Origin: a virus | Taxonomy: Duplodnaviria > Caudoviricetes | IMG/VR virus record: IMGVR_UViG_3300012232_000010 | Location: 1-64,000 of that record | Length of the DNA stretch: 64,000 nt | Reading direction: 5' to 3' (one strand) | Part shown: positions 39,212-47,428 of the stretch, in pieces | How the letters are laid out: every line of letters starts with the position of its first letter | Position numbering within the stretch: the stretch's first letter is position 1 | Position numbers and translations under genes: made by a program | The notes under the pieces: model-generated | What the model was told of the DNA's origin: nothing | What the model saw: only the letters and a program-made list of their open reading frames with translations | Database searches by the model: none

Positions 39212-40201
39212 TTAATACCCATTCTTTTCAAAGTATCTTTTACTTACTAGTTTTAGCTTAACTCTGTCACCCTTTTCGGTTTCTCTATCAATAATAGGGG
39301 ATATAACACAACCTTCCATAAGATGACCACTACCGCCTACTACGCTATCTTTTTCAATAAGTTCTAGAATTTTATCTAGATCAAGCGGACCTCTATAAAT
39401 TTCTGGAACCCAAAATAGTTCTGGACCCAAATCCCTAGCCTCATCATGATTTAACCATGTACGACCAGATAGAATATCGAATACCGCAAACCTAATTTGA
39501 TTGGTTTCGCACCCGTATTTTAGATTCTGGACTTGACCAAATATTTCACCATACAAAACGAGTTCAGGATTCTCCCTACACCAAACTTCTATCCAAGGAT
39601 TTTGACTCAACGCTTTCCACCAAGGGTCTTTCTCTGACAGGGCTTTCCAATTAGTCCTACTCCCGCACCACATTCTATTGTCTTGCCAAACAAATCTAGC
39701 ATTAGCTCCGTGTATCTTTTCAGTACACACAACTATTTCATTCTGATAAATTCCTAGTTCAGTGTTATAGATATTGGTATGAAACCAATCAGCGTATTTT
39801 TTATATCCTTCTACATCATATTTGGGATAGTATCCCGGTGGGCCAGATTCATTATCTCCGTTAAAAGTTACTTCCATTTCTGGTTCATACCTTTTGATCC
39901 CAAGTTCATACATCGCATTCTGACCCACTACTGATCCGGGTGGTGCTTTGATCATAATGCCATCTGACCAAATTCCTCTAAATTTTCTTGGCTTAATTCG
40001 TTTGTTATCCCCCAAAAACTTAAACTGCTCCGTATCAGGAACGACGTAATCTTCTGGTATATGAACACCAATAGATTCGTTTTCCCAATCAGAAGTTTTT
40101 ACAACAAGAGTGAATCCATTGTATTTAATAAGACTCAACGAATCTGCATCTGGATGACGCTCTAGTTTAATTGAGATAACAGGGCATTCATGCTGACTCA
40201 T
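39212..40201 (-). CDS. RNA ligase, DRB0094-like (N-terminal OB domain)
   Basis: HPDADSL, RGIWSDG; EKIHGAN (motif I), GEIFG, FAVFDI, EG.V, KLK. Confidence 0.85.
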   Translation of the reverse strand: MSQHECPVISIKLERHPDADSLSLIKYNGFTLVVKTSDWENESIGVHIPEDYVVPDTEQFKFLGDNKRIKPRKFRGIWSDGIMIKAPPGSVVGQNAMYELGIKRYEPEMEVTFNGDNESGPPGYYPKYDVEGYKKYADWFHTNIYNTELGIYQNEIVVCTEKIHGANARFVWQDNRMWCGSRTNWKALSEKDPWWKALSQNPWIEVWCRENPELVLYGEIFGQVQNLKYGCETNQIRFAVFDILSGRTWLNHDEARDLGPELFWVPEIYRGPLDLDKILELIEKDSVVGGSGHLMEGCVISPIIDRETEKGDRVKLKLVSKRYFEKNGY

Positions 40202-40521
40202 TAATGTCTCCATTTCTCTATTAATTCGTAGTATTTTTGCTCGGTTACTCGCAAATTACATTCACATGCTTCGTCTAAACCTCTTCTCTTACCCTTTAAT
40301 GTGATAAAATATTTTGTGCTAGATGAGAAAAAATCTTTATCTTCATATATAAATCCATTAACAATTTTATATGGATAATAATATTCACACGGATGATTTG
40401 TTTCTCTATCTATTTCATTATAAATGCAGTCGCCTATAAAACCACCTATAAATATACCAATAATTATTAAATAGGTGAGAGGATTTTTAAGTATTTTCAA
40501 ACTTCTTCTTGAGACATTCAT
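40201..40521 (-). CDS. Hypothetical membrane protein
   Basis: N-terminal transmembrane segment. Confidence 0.5.
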   Translation of the reverse strand: MNVSRRSLKILKNPLTYLIIIGIFIGGFIGDCIYNEIDRETNHPCEYYYPYKIVNGFIYEDKDFFSSSTKYFITLKGKRRGLDEACECNLRVTEQKYYELIEKWRH

Positions 40522-40864
40522 ATTGTTTCCTTTGAGACTCTTCCCATTCTTGTTGTTGTTTTTCTTTTGCTAATTTTTCAGTTTCTATTTTCAAATCTCT
40601 TTGAGATATCAAATGATTTTCAAAATACTGTAAATCTTTACTAAATAATTCTGGAACAAAATATTGTCCATGACTTTCAATACCGCCGCAATAATATTCG
40701 TCGCCACCGAAATAAATAGACCCATCTTCTATCTTTATTTCTGGATAATCAACTCTTGCAAATCCATTATCATATTTTTTATATAATTCCATGAATGGTT
40801 TAAGATGTTCTAATACATCTGTATTTAGTTGTGAAAGCTGTTTAAATTTTACTAAGAATTCCAT
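40487..40864 (-). CDS. Hypothetical protein
   Basis: Coupled ORF. Confidence 0.5.
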   Translation of the reverse strand: MEFLVKFKQLSQLNTDVLEHLKPFMELYKKYDNGFARVDYPEIKIEDGSIYFGGDEYYCGGIESHGQYFVPELFSKDLQYFENHLISQRDLKIETEKLAKEKQQQEWEESQRKQYECLKKKFENT

Positions 40865-40865
40865 A

Positions 40866-41459
40866 CTATAGTTCCTTTATCATTTTGATAGCCTGTACAA
40901 CACTCTTGGGTCTTAGGATTTTTTTATCCTTCATAGTGAAGGCATCTTTGTTATAAATTTGCGGCCATAGCATAACTTCACCACCCGCTTCATGGAAGCC
41001 CCAAACTTTTTTGACCGTATCATCTATAAGGATTCTGTTTTCCCCGGCAAGCAAACTCTTATTAGTAGATATGATCAACTTCCCACTCTTTACAAAAAAT
41101 GGATAATGTTTATTTAGCCAAGCTACTTTCCCACTAGAACATGCTGGACAAATTTTGGATGGCGCTGTTAATACATAACAGTCTTCAATATTTTCATTAC
41201 TAAATAAAGCCATGATCAAATCATCAGACCAATCGTATTTAGGCAAATTTTCCCAGAATTCTATACTATTAGCTTTTGTTCCCCAAAAATCTTCTTCCGT
41301 CATTCCTAACTTATTAGCTAGGTCCATAGAATTCGGTCTGCAAAGATATGGTTTTCTAGCCAAAAATCCTTTGGTAAGCCCAAACTTCTTTTCTATACCA
41401 GTAAATAAGTCAACTAATACACCATCAAGATCGAGAAACACAGTCTTTTTATTTTTCAT
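40866..41459 (-). CDS. HAD 5'(3')-deoxyribonucleotidase (NT5C-like)
   Basis: FLDLDGVLVD, LTAP, GK..W, K, ILIDD. Confidence 0.85.
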   Translation of the reverse strand: MKNKKTVFLDLDGVLVDLFTGIEKKFGLTKGFLARKPYLCRPNSMDLANKLGMTEEDFWGTKANSIEFWENLPKYDWSDDLIMALFSNENIEDCYVLTAPSKICPACSSGKVAWLNKHYPFFVKSGKLIISTNKSLLAGENRILIDDTVKKVWGFHEAGGEVMLWPQIYNKDAFTMKDKKILRPKSVVQAIKMIKEL

Positions 41460-41467
41460 TGTAATCC

Positions 41468-41731
41468 TTAATAGTTTAATCTACTTTCGTAAAATTTCCA
41501 CGCATATTCATCAAACTTTTGGAATACATTAACAAATTCTCTTGCTTCATCTATACGATTTTCTTGTACCATTTGATTTATCATATTTAATTGATGAATC
41601 GCTTCATTAACATTTTCTGAAACCATATATTTATATAAACATTGTTTACACTTAGTTTTTTCATCCGGTCTTCTGCCGAGACATTCTACTCCCGGATTTT
41701 GATGGCATAAGTAACAGATATTATCCATTGA
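41468..41731 (-). CDS. Hypothetical Cys-rich protein
   Basis: CYLC, C, CKQC; start likely MDNIC. Confidence 0.45.
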   Translation of the reverse strand, partial: SMDNICYLCHQNPGVECLGRRPDEKTKCKQCLYKYMVSENVNEAIHQLNMINQMVQENRIDEAREFVNVFQKFDEYAWKFYESRLNY

Positions 41732-42080
41732 ATCTAATCCTATAAATTTCTTCCGCTTGGCAACAGTGACCGACTTGACCATAGATATCGGAGAAGCCAT
41801 TAAATTGTTTGATAACTTCTAATAGTTGTGGTTCTTGATGAAAATAAGAATCCCATAGATTACTATACAATTCTTTACAAGCATCTTGGTTTATTGGCTT
41901 ACGGCCCTTGGCCTGCATAATAGATAGTCCGGTAAATCCACCCTCAAATTTCTTTGCGGCTTGATATATTTCTTCTATACTCGCAAAGTTATAAGCGGAT
42001 AATCTCGCGTAGAAAGCGCTAAATCGCTTGTCTCCTTTACTACTACATTCTAGAAATGGTGCTGTTCCGAACTTTAACAT
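41721..42080 (-). CDS. Putative NADAR-like protein
   Basis: LECSSKGDKRFSAF, SIEEIYQAAK, D.YG...CQA resemble the DarT1-associated NADAR pattern. Confidence 0.5.
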   Translation of the reverse strand: MLKFGTAPFLECSSKGDKRFSAFYARLSAYNFASIEEIYQAAKKFEGGFTGLSIMQAKGRKPINQDACKELYSNLWDSYFHQEPQLLEVIKQFNGFSDIYGQVGHCCQAEEIYRIRFNG

Positions 42081-42319
42081 TATTCACCCTTTAAAATATA
42101 CTCATCGTATTCATCAACAAGTACATACAGTTTAGACGCATCCAACTCTAAAGAAATCATATCATTATATCTTCTGACCCTTTTTATCATTGCGAGTCTT
42201 TCAAGAATTTTCTTGGCTTGTTTTTTTATTCGCTCTTCTTTTCTAATGACCTTTTCCGGTTTTACTTCAGAACCCCACTTCCACATTTTATCTACGAACG
42301 CTTGCATCCCTTTGTTCAT
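42080..42319 (-). CDS. Hypothetical protein
   Basis: Coupled ORF. Confidence 0.45.
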   Translation of the reverse strand: MNKGMQAFVDKMWKWGSEVKPEKVIRKEERIKKQAKKILERLAMIKRVRRYNDMISLELDASKLYVLVDEYDEYILKGE

Positions 42320-42479
42320 TTGAAATGTCCTCATTTACAATTTCTATTTCAGCACTAATACTGCCAGCTTTATTATCATACTCCCAACAAGTTTTCCTGA
42401 TACTTTCACTTAATGTATAATTTATTTGATCCCTTAGCTTCAATAGATTGTTGGTATCCATTTTTATAGATAGTGTCAT
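42288..42479 (-). CDS. Hypothetical protein
   Basis: Coupled ORF. Confidence 0.4.
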   Translation of the reverse strand: MTLSIKMDTNNLLKLRDQINYTLSESIRKTCWEYDNKAGSISAEIEIVNEDISNEQRDASVRR

Positions 42480-42865
42480 AAAATAATCTTCCTTTTCTTT
42501 TTGACTACAGGATCATATTTCTTAATCTCTTTTGGTTTTTCAAGAATAAACTTTTTAGACTTTAACTCAGGATAATAACTTTCAGTATAAACATCATCGA
42601 ACATCCAAGCTCCAGACTTATCAAATTCTCTCATATAATCTACACCATCAAGAGATTCTGTGAATTTTACTTGCAGCCCAAATATATTTATCTCTTCAAT
42701 ATTTTGAAGTATTATAGGTTTATCATTATAGAATGGGCTATTGAATACCATCTCCAAGAAATCTAGCTTATTGTTTTTTGATACAAATATAACATTGGGA
42801 TACCTTGATCTATACGCTCTAAAATCTTGTATGGCCTTATGAACGTCTTGCATAGATTTAAACAT
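42476..42865 (-). CDS. Hypothetical protein with C-terminal RKIIL tail
   Basis: Coupled ORF. Confidence 0.5.
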   Translation of the reverse strand: MFKSMQDVHKAIQDFRAYRSRYPNVIFVSKNNKLDFLEMVFNSPFYNDKPIILQNIEEINIFGLQVKFTESLDGVDYMREFDKSGAWMFDDVYTESYYPELKSKKFILEKPKEIKKYDPVVKKKRKIIL

Positions 42866-44276
42866 CTAATACCTCATATTTGATACTTGTATTACTAAAT
42901 TCTCCCGGAGAGATTATCGCAAGCTGATCTAATACTAGCTTCCTTAAGCCTATAGCTATATTCACAACCTCTACCAATTCTTGCTTGGTCAAGACCTTAT
43001 TCGGATAAATGATTTTGATAAGAGCGCTACTTAATTTTGTTACGGCCTGTTGATTCCTGAAACCAATATCTGCAAACTTAATTCTGGACTTAACAACATC
43101 AGTATAATCTATATCTCTTAATCTATGAAATATCTCCCCAATATAGTCGGCCATAAATCCGTAATCACTAGACAGGCTAGACATGGTAATTCTTGGGAGT
43201 TTCCAGCCGGGGATGTATCCGTGGATTCTGTCTAGAAAAGCCCTATCGTTCCTTATCTTTGCTGGTAACGGGATAAACAAGTGGTGATAGTAACCCTTGA
43301 CTTCACCCTTTTCTCTATCGCTATCTATATTACCTATGAAAACCGTAGAGCAAGTAGCCGTTAGCTCCGTCTTATCTCTTGAGAACTTACCAGAGTTAAG
43401 ATAATCCTTCATCATATTGATGAGTTCTTCATTATCGAACTTAGTTCCAGATATTTCATCAAATACTATAAAATCCTTTTTACAGATTGCTCCGACACTT
43501 CTTCTTAACTTGTTGTAGAATAGACTAGCCACGCTGACGCTAGAACCAGATAAGACTAGACCATACTGACTTATATTTCTATAAAGATGCGTCTTAGCGG
43601 TTTCAGTGCCGCCCAATTCTACCATATTGACATTACATTCTACGAATGGTATAAGTCTACATATATACAACATCTTCTGTTCTTTTGAAAGATGTTCCGG
43701 ATTAAATCCTACACTATTTATGATAATATCAATCCACTCGTTGGTTGAAAACTCTCTTCTCTTCTCTATAAACGAATTATGATTTATATTTGTTACCTGA
43801 AAAGGTATAAAGTCTGTGATAATGAATGGATAATTCTTCTTTTTAATTAGAAAGTTAGGATCATAAGCAACGGACACGCTACCGAAACACCCTGTTGTCA
43901 GTAAAGTATCTCCATATTTATCCAATATTGGTTTAGCGATTCTTACATTATTGTCTTCCAATACATTGATAGATGCGAAATACTCATTCTTATTCTGGTC
44001 AAACCTGCATTGAACATTTCCTATAAATGAATATCTGCCGAGTTCTCTAATCCTACTCTTGACCAACTCTTTCTTATCAGAATCTATGAAGTTTTCTTCT
44101 ATGATCTTATTTATCTTTAAGATTCCAGAATCAATATTCGATCCATCAACTAATTGAGACACAAGATAATCACACACGAATGATGGAAGCTTCCTAAAAT
44201 TGTTAGAAGAATTAGATATAGACTTGTTTATAACCAAACCATTCTGGTTGAACACGTTTTTAAGTTTTACATTCAT
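42858..44276 (-). CDS. BrxL-like MCM-related AAA+ ATPase lacking the Lon protease domain
   Basis: LPSFVCDYL, R..FS..EWID....S.G..P, RLIPFVE.N.N.VELG....AKT, FDEI, K.Y..SGKFSR, GNI, AFLDRIHGYIPGW, YG...DY..E. Confidence 0.8.
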   Translation of the reverse strand: MNVKLKNVFNQNGLVINKSISNSSNNFRKLPSFVCDYLVSQLVDGSNIDSGILKINKIIEENFIDSDKKELVKSRIRELGRYSFIGNVQCRFDQNKNEYFASINVLEDNNVRIAKPILDKYGDTLLTTGCFGSVSVAYDPNFLIKKKNYPFIITDFIPFQVTNINHNSFIEKRREFSTNEWIDIIINSVGFNPEHLSKEQKMLYICRLIPFVECNVNMVELGGTETAKTHLYRNISQYGLVLSGSSVSVASLFYNKLRRSVGAICKKDFIVFDEISGTKFDNEELINMMKDYLNSGKFSRDKTELTATCSTVFIGNIDSDREKGEVKGYYHHLFIPLPAKIRNDRAFLDRIHGYIPGWKLPRITMSSLSSDYGFMADYIGEIFHRLRDIDYTDVVKSRIKFADIGFRNQQAVTKLSSALIKIIYPNKVLTKQELVEVVNIAIGLRKLVLDQLAIISPGEFSNTSIKYEVLDV

Positions 44277-44279
44277 TTA

Positions 44280-44483
44280 TTATATCGCCAGTAAATCGAG
44301 TATATTGTTTCTCTGTACTGTGTCGTCTTGTTGCTTATTATCAGATAGGCATTCTAAATGACAATATTGATTCTCTTTTGTAAAATTGTATTCTATCTTG
44401 AAATTGTCGAGAATCATACACGGAACTATCTTATAGATAGTCTCGTTAAATTTTATTTCTTGTTTACAAAAACAACAATTCAT
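44280..44483 (-). CDS. Small Cys/His zinc-binding hypothetical protein
   Basis: CCFC...HLEC. Confidence 0.45.
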   Translation of the reverse strand: MNCCFCKQEIKFNETIYKIVPCMILDNFKIEYNFTKENQYCHLECLSDNKQQDDTVQRNNILDLLAI

Positions 44484-44704
44484 TATAGTCTATCCAAAAG
44501 TTCTAAAACTTCATCCAAGGCAGAAACTCTACCCGATTGAAATCCAGTATCTACTGCGTGAAGTGTATCGACTTTTTTCTCTTGAGACATTAATTTATCA
44601 GCTTCCTTCAAGGCATCATCTCTTAATTTAGTAATAACTTTTTCTAAATCATTAACAGAACATCTAAGTTCACTATAATGAAAATCACCACAACAATCGC
44701 ACAT
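44483..44704 (-). CDS. Hypothetical protein
   Basis: Coupled ORF. Confidence 0.45.
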   Translation of the reverse strand: MCDCCGDFHYSELRCSVNDLEKVITKLRDDALKEADKLMSQEKKVDTLHAVDTGFQSGRVSALDEVLELLDRL

Positions 44705-44899
44705 TTAGTTCATCCTTCTAAGAATTTCTTCTTCTAGTTTCATATTGTATTCGAATATATTATACGTAGGAAACCCATCCTCTTTAAGACAGTCGTGACA
44801 TTTGACAGAAGAATTATGATATTCTTGAACAAGATTCAAGTTACCTAATTGTGGTATCATCTTTATCTTTCTTTTGTGACTAGAAGATAATTTTTTCAT
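44705..44899 (-). CDS. Hypothetical protein
   Basis: Coupled ORF. Confidence 0.4.
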   Translation of the reverse strand: MKKLSSSHKRKIKMIPQLGNLNLVQEYHNSSVKCHDCLKEDGFPTYNIFEYNMKLEEEILRRMN

Positions 44900-45117
44900 T
44901 TTGCATCCTTTACAAGATACTCAAACATTTGAATCATATGTTCTTTTGCTTCTTTCTTAGAAAAGTTATTTGGATATTCATCTCCACCAGTCAATTTCTC
45001 TAACAAGTCTTTTATATCATAATGAATAGACCAAAGTATATCTCTTTCGTAGGGGGTATTGCGTTGCTCGTCTATATCCTTTAGAAGCTTTTTAATATGA
45101 GCATTCTTTTTATTCAT
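44896..45117 (-). CDS. Hypothetical protein
   Basis: Coupled ORF. Confidence 0.45.
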   Translation of the reverse strand: MNKKNAHIKKLLKDIDEQRNTPYERDILWSIHYDIKDLLEKLTGGDEYPNNFSKKEAKEHMIQMFEYLVKDAK

Positions 45118-45209
45118 TAATCATCCCCACAAGTATCAAGTATAACCCATAGACTCACAGAAAAGACCATAACTATCCAACACCAAGTTATTAGTTCTTG
45201 ATTTATCAT
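45117..45209 (-). CDS. 30-aa single-TM peptide (not in ORF track)
   Basis: MINQELITWCWIVMVFSVSLWVILDTCGDD; GGAG RBS; TAATG overlap with the next gene. Confidence 0.55.
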   Translation of the reverse strand: MINQELITWCWIVMVFSVSLWVILDTCGDD

Positions 45210-45374
45210 TTCAATCTCCAACCAAACTTATTTTCGGTCTTGCAACGTGCATAGCACGTATTTGATTTGAATTATAAATGTCGGCGCGCAATCCGCCCAT
45301 TATACCTATCAAATCTAATATCCTATTAGATTTAGTCTTTAAATCTCTTTACTATACAGAGATAGACTATAATC

Positions 45375-45684
45375 TTGTACGGACTTGCCAGCGCTATTCC
45401 GGGTTTTCTCGGACCAGAGTATTGGTCGGTCAAATACTTCTGGATTTTTCGTCGGGGACGATTTGGCACACCCAATCCTATCACCGCCCAATGCAGCCAT
45501 CAATCCCGAAGGATATACTCCACATTGGTTTGTCAGCGGCTCAACTGGCATTGGGACCATCAGAGTTTGAATTCGGCCCTTTGCTGTTGAAAATTTATTG
45601 GGATTCGTTCGACTTGAATAGCTCAAGTGTATCCTTTCCTTGTCGTGCATTTTTGTCCTAGTAAATGCACAAACTTCCGTACAA
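45375..45684 (-). ncRNA. Candidate large structured non-coding RNA (core; may extend over 45245-45856)
   Basis: Elevated GC, 9-bp closing stem TTGTACGGA/TCCGTACAA, nested stems, cUUCGg tetraloop on the minus strand, no convincing coding frame. Confidence 0.55.
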
Positions 45685-45860
45685 TATGTATCTTATACGC
45701 CAACCCGCTTAAACGGGTTCTCAAAAATCTGTAAATTTGCGCCATTGAACGATCCGGAATTTCCGGACAGTTGGGACGTTCCTGCTCTAAAATCCAACCT
45801 GCGCAATCTAAAGCGTTTTTAACGTCTTCGTTTATATGCTTAACTTTTATAAGCATTACT

Positions 45861-46244
45861 TTAATTATCTTCTCTCCATATTCTTTCAAAATCTTCTTCG
45901 TTAATATTGAATCGAGAAGAAAATTTCTTAGCTACAGGCTTAACTCTTTGTCTTATTTGTTTATACCCGGATGGATCGTTTTTGTAATCTTCTTTCAATA
46001 TAGCCCATCCGAACCACATGTCTTTGCTGACATATTGTTCTGCTATATAGTTCAGAGTCCATTCCCACCACTTTTTACCATTTAGTAAAATCTCGTAATA
46101 TGAATCTGGATTTTCGGGAATAATGCCTTTACTCTCTTTCAAGAAAAACTGTTGCAATCCTTCTTCCGTTCTGGTGAACGGTTGGATAGTAGAGCATCTT
46201 TCGAATCTTTCTATTTCTACTTTAAATTTGCGACTTATTCTCAT
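45861..46244 (-). CDS. Hypothetical protein
   Basis: ORF directly upstream of the structured region. Confidence 0.55.
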   Translation of the reverse strand: MRISRKFKVEIERFERCSTIQPFTRTEEGLQQFFLKESKGIIPENPDSYYEILLNGKKWWEWTLNYIAEQYVSKDMWFGWAILKEDYKNDPSGYKQIRQRVKPVAKKFSSRFNINEEDFERIWREDN

Positions 46245-46245
46245 A

Positions 46246-46434
46246 TTATTTTTCTAATAGAGACAGAAGATGTTTAGCAAAAATAACTTCTCCGCATTCT
46301 ACTCCACCATGAAAGGCGTCATCCATATTCCCGCCGAATCTATCGTACACTATTTCATCTTCTTGCATTTCTCTTCCATAATTTTTTTCAATATATGTTT
46401 CTAGATATTTTACAATTTCTGTTATATCTTTCAT
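46246..46434 (-). CDS. Hypothetical protein
   Basis: GGNMDDAF.GG...GE motif; coupled ORF. Confidence 0.5.
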   Translation of the reverse strand: MKDITEIVKYLETYIEKNYGREMQEDEIVYDRFGGNMDDAFHGGVECGEVIFAKHLLSLLEK

Positions 46435-46901
46435 GATTCTACCATCCTATCTATAGCTTTGATATAATAATCAGTTAAGTCTTGAACTTCTTTATCATTT
46501 TCTTTTGTTCTATATTTTCTTCTTGTGTTTCTGATAGCGACCCTAGCTTCTTCGGCCAATCTATCTTTATGGGCTTTAATTTTCTTTAAGACTTCGCCAG
46601 ACGCAATAGGAATATTGACCATGATTGTATTTTTAGAGAATTTATAAGCTTCAAATCCGTGTTCCTTTAACACATCTTCCACCGAACCTAATATCTGCGG
46701 GTCGAATGGTGTCACTGACACTTGCCTATCTTTCTTTGCAAAAGAACACAGATGTTGCAATGGGGTTGGTTGGGCGTGATATCCTATCCTTAGATTTTGC
46801 ATAATACTATCATCTATATCTGGACCTATTCCGATTATTTGTCTTTTAAACAAATCGAAAGTTTTCAACATAGATTCATTAGCTTCTTTCATTTCATTCA
46901 T
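46431..46901 (-). CDS. frr: Ribosome recycling factor (divergent)
   Basis: Y...PTPL, V.PFDP, I.V.IP, AEEARVAIRNTRR, VQDLTDYYIKAID. Confidence 0.85.
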   Translation of the reverse strand: MNEMKEANESMLKTFDLFKRQIIGIGPDIDDSIMQNLRIGYHAQPTPLQHLCSFAKKDRQVSVTPFDPQILGSVEDVLKEHGFEAYKFSKNTIMVNIPIASGEVLKKIKAHKDRLAEEARVAIRNTRRKYRTKENDKEVQDLTDYYIKAIDRMVES

Positions 46902-47119
46902 TAGTGTAACCAACTTAAAAATAGATTAAACCATTCATTAGAAATTTTGGGTTCACGATAAAGTTCTATACCCTTCATATTCTTACAAAATGCTTTTACC
47001 ATTTCTATTGCATGTTCTTCAAATTCATCTACATCATAGATTGATGAACACACCATCGGATCATTTTCATTTATAGGTAGCCAAGGCAATTCTTTATGCT
47101 CATCTTTACGATATCTCAT
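46901..47119 (-). CDS. Hypothetical protein
   Basis: Coupled ORF. Confidence 0.45.
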   Translation of the reverse strand: MRYRKDEHKELPWLPINENDPMVCSSIYDVDEFEEHAIEMVKAFCKNMKGIELYREPKISNEWFNLFLSWLH

Positions 47120-47310
47120 TCTATTTTTCCACCATTTGGTTCACATTCCCCATGTAAATATGCTATCCACTTTTTACGATCAAATTTAGGGTTTCTAGAT
47201 TCACAAAAATCTGCTAGTTCATCAATAATAGTTGAATTGCGAAGCTGTCTAAATCCTGATCTTGGTTTGCGTATAATATCAGCTAATGCTATAAAATCTT
47301 TTTTGTTCAT
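47116..47310 (-). CDS. Hypothetical phage protein
   Basis: KKDFIALAD...LADFC...NPKFDR. Confidence 0.55.
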   Translation of the reverse strand: MNKKDFIALADIIRKPRSGFRQLRNSTIIDELADFCESRNPKFDRKKWIAYLHGECEPNGGKIE

Positions 47311-47322
47311 TTAATTTCCTTA

Positions 47323-47427
47323 TTAGATGATTATATAAATCAAAAATAATACTAAAAGAATTATTGTTAGTATAGGGAGAAGTTCTATAAATACTATTCC
47401 AAATTGTTCTAAAGAATCGTGCCACAT
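47323..47427 (-). CDS. 34-aa single-TM peptide (not in ORF track)
   Basis: MWHDSLEQFGIVFIELLPILTIILLVLFLIYIII fills the intergenic gap. Confidence 0.45.
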   Translation of the reverse strand: MWHDSLEQFGIVFIELLPILTIILLVLFLIYIII

Positions 47428-47428
47428 A

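Noticed and set aside
42858-44276. A complete BREX defence system
   Set aside because: Only the BrxL-like gene is present in this window
45333-45376. Group I intron-like S (AAGATTATAGTC) and R (AGACTA) words
   Set aside because: They are in the wrong order and form a simple local hairpin; no interrupted host gene
45375-45684. RNase P-like words (AGGAAAG, AAAACCCGG) on the minus strand of the structured region
   Set aside because: The sequence after AGGAAAG cannot form P4 with CCCGG, so the conserved core is not satisfied
45278-45889. Overlapping ORFs in the structured region (45278-45661 +, 45339-45650 -, 45623-45889 -)
   Set aside because: No recognisable motifs, atypical composition, and several open frames as expected from higher GC; 45623-45856 cannot be fully excluded
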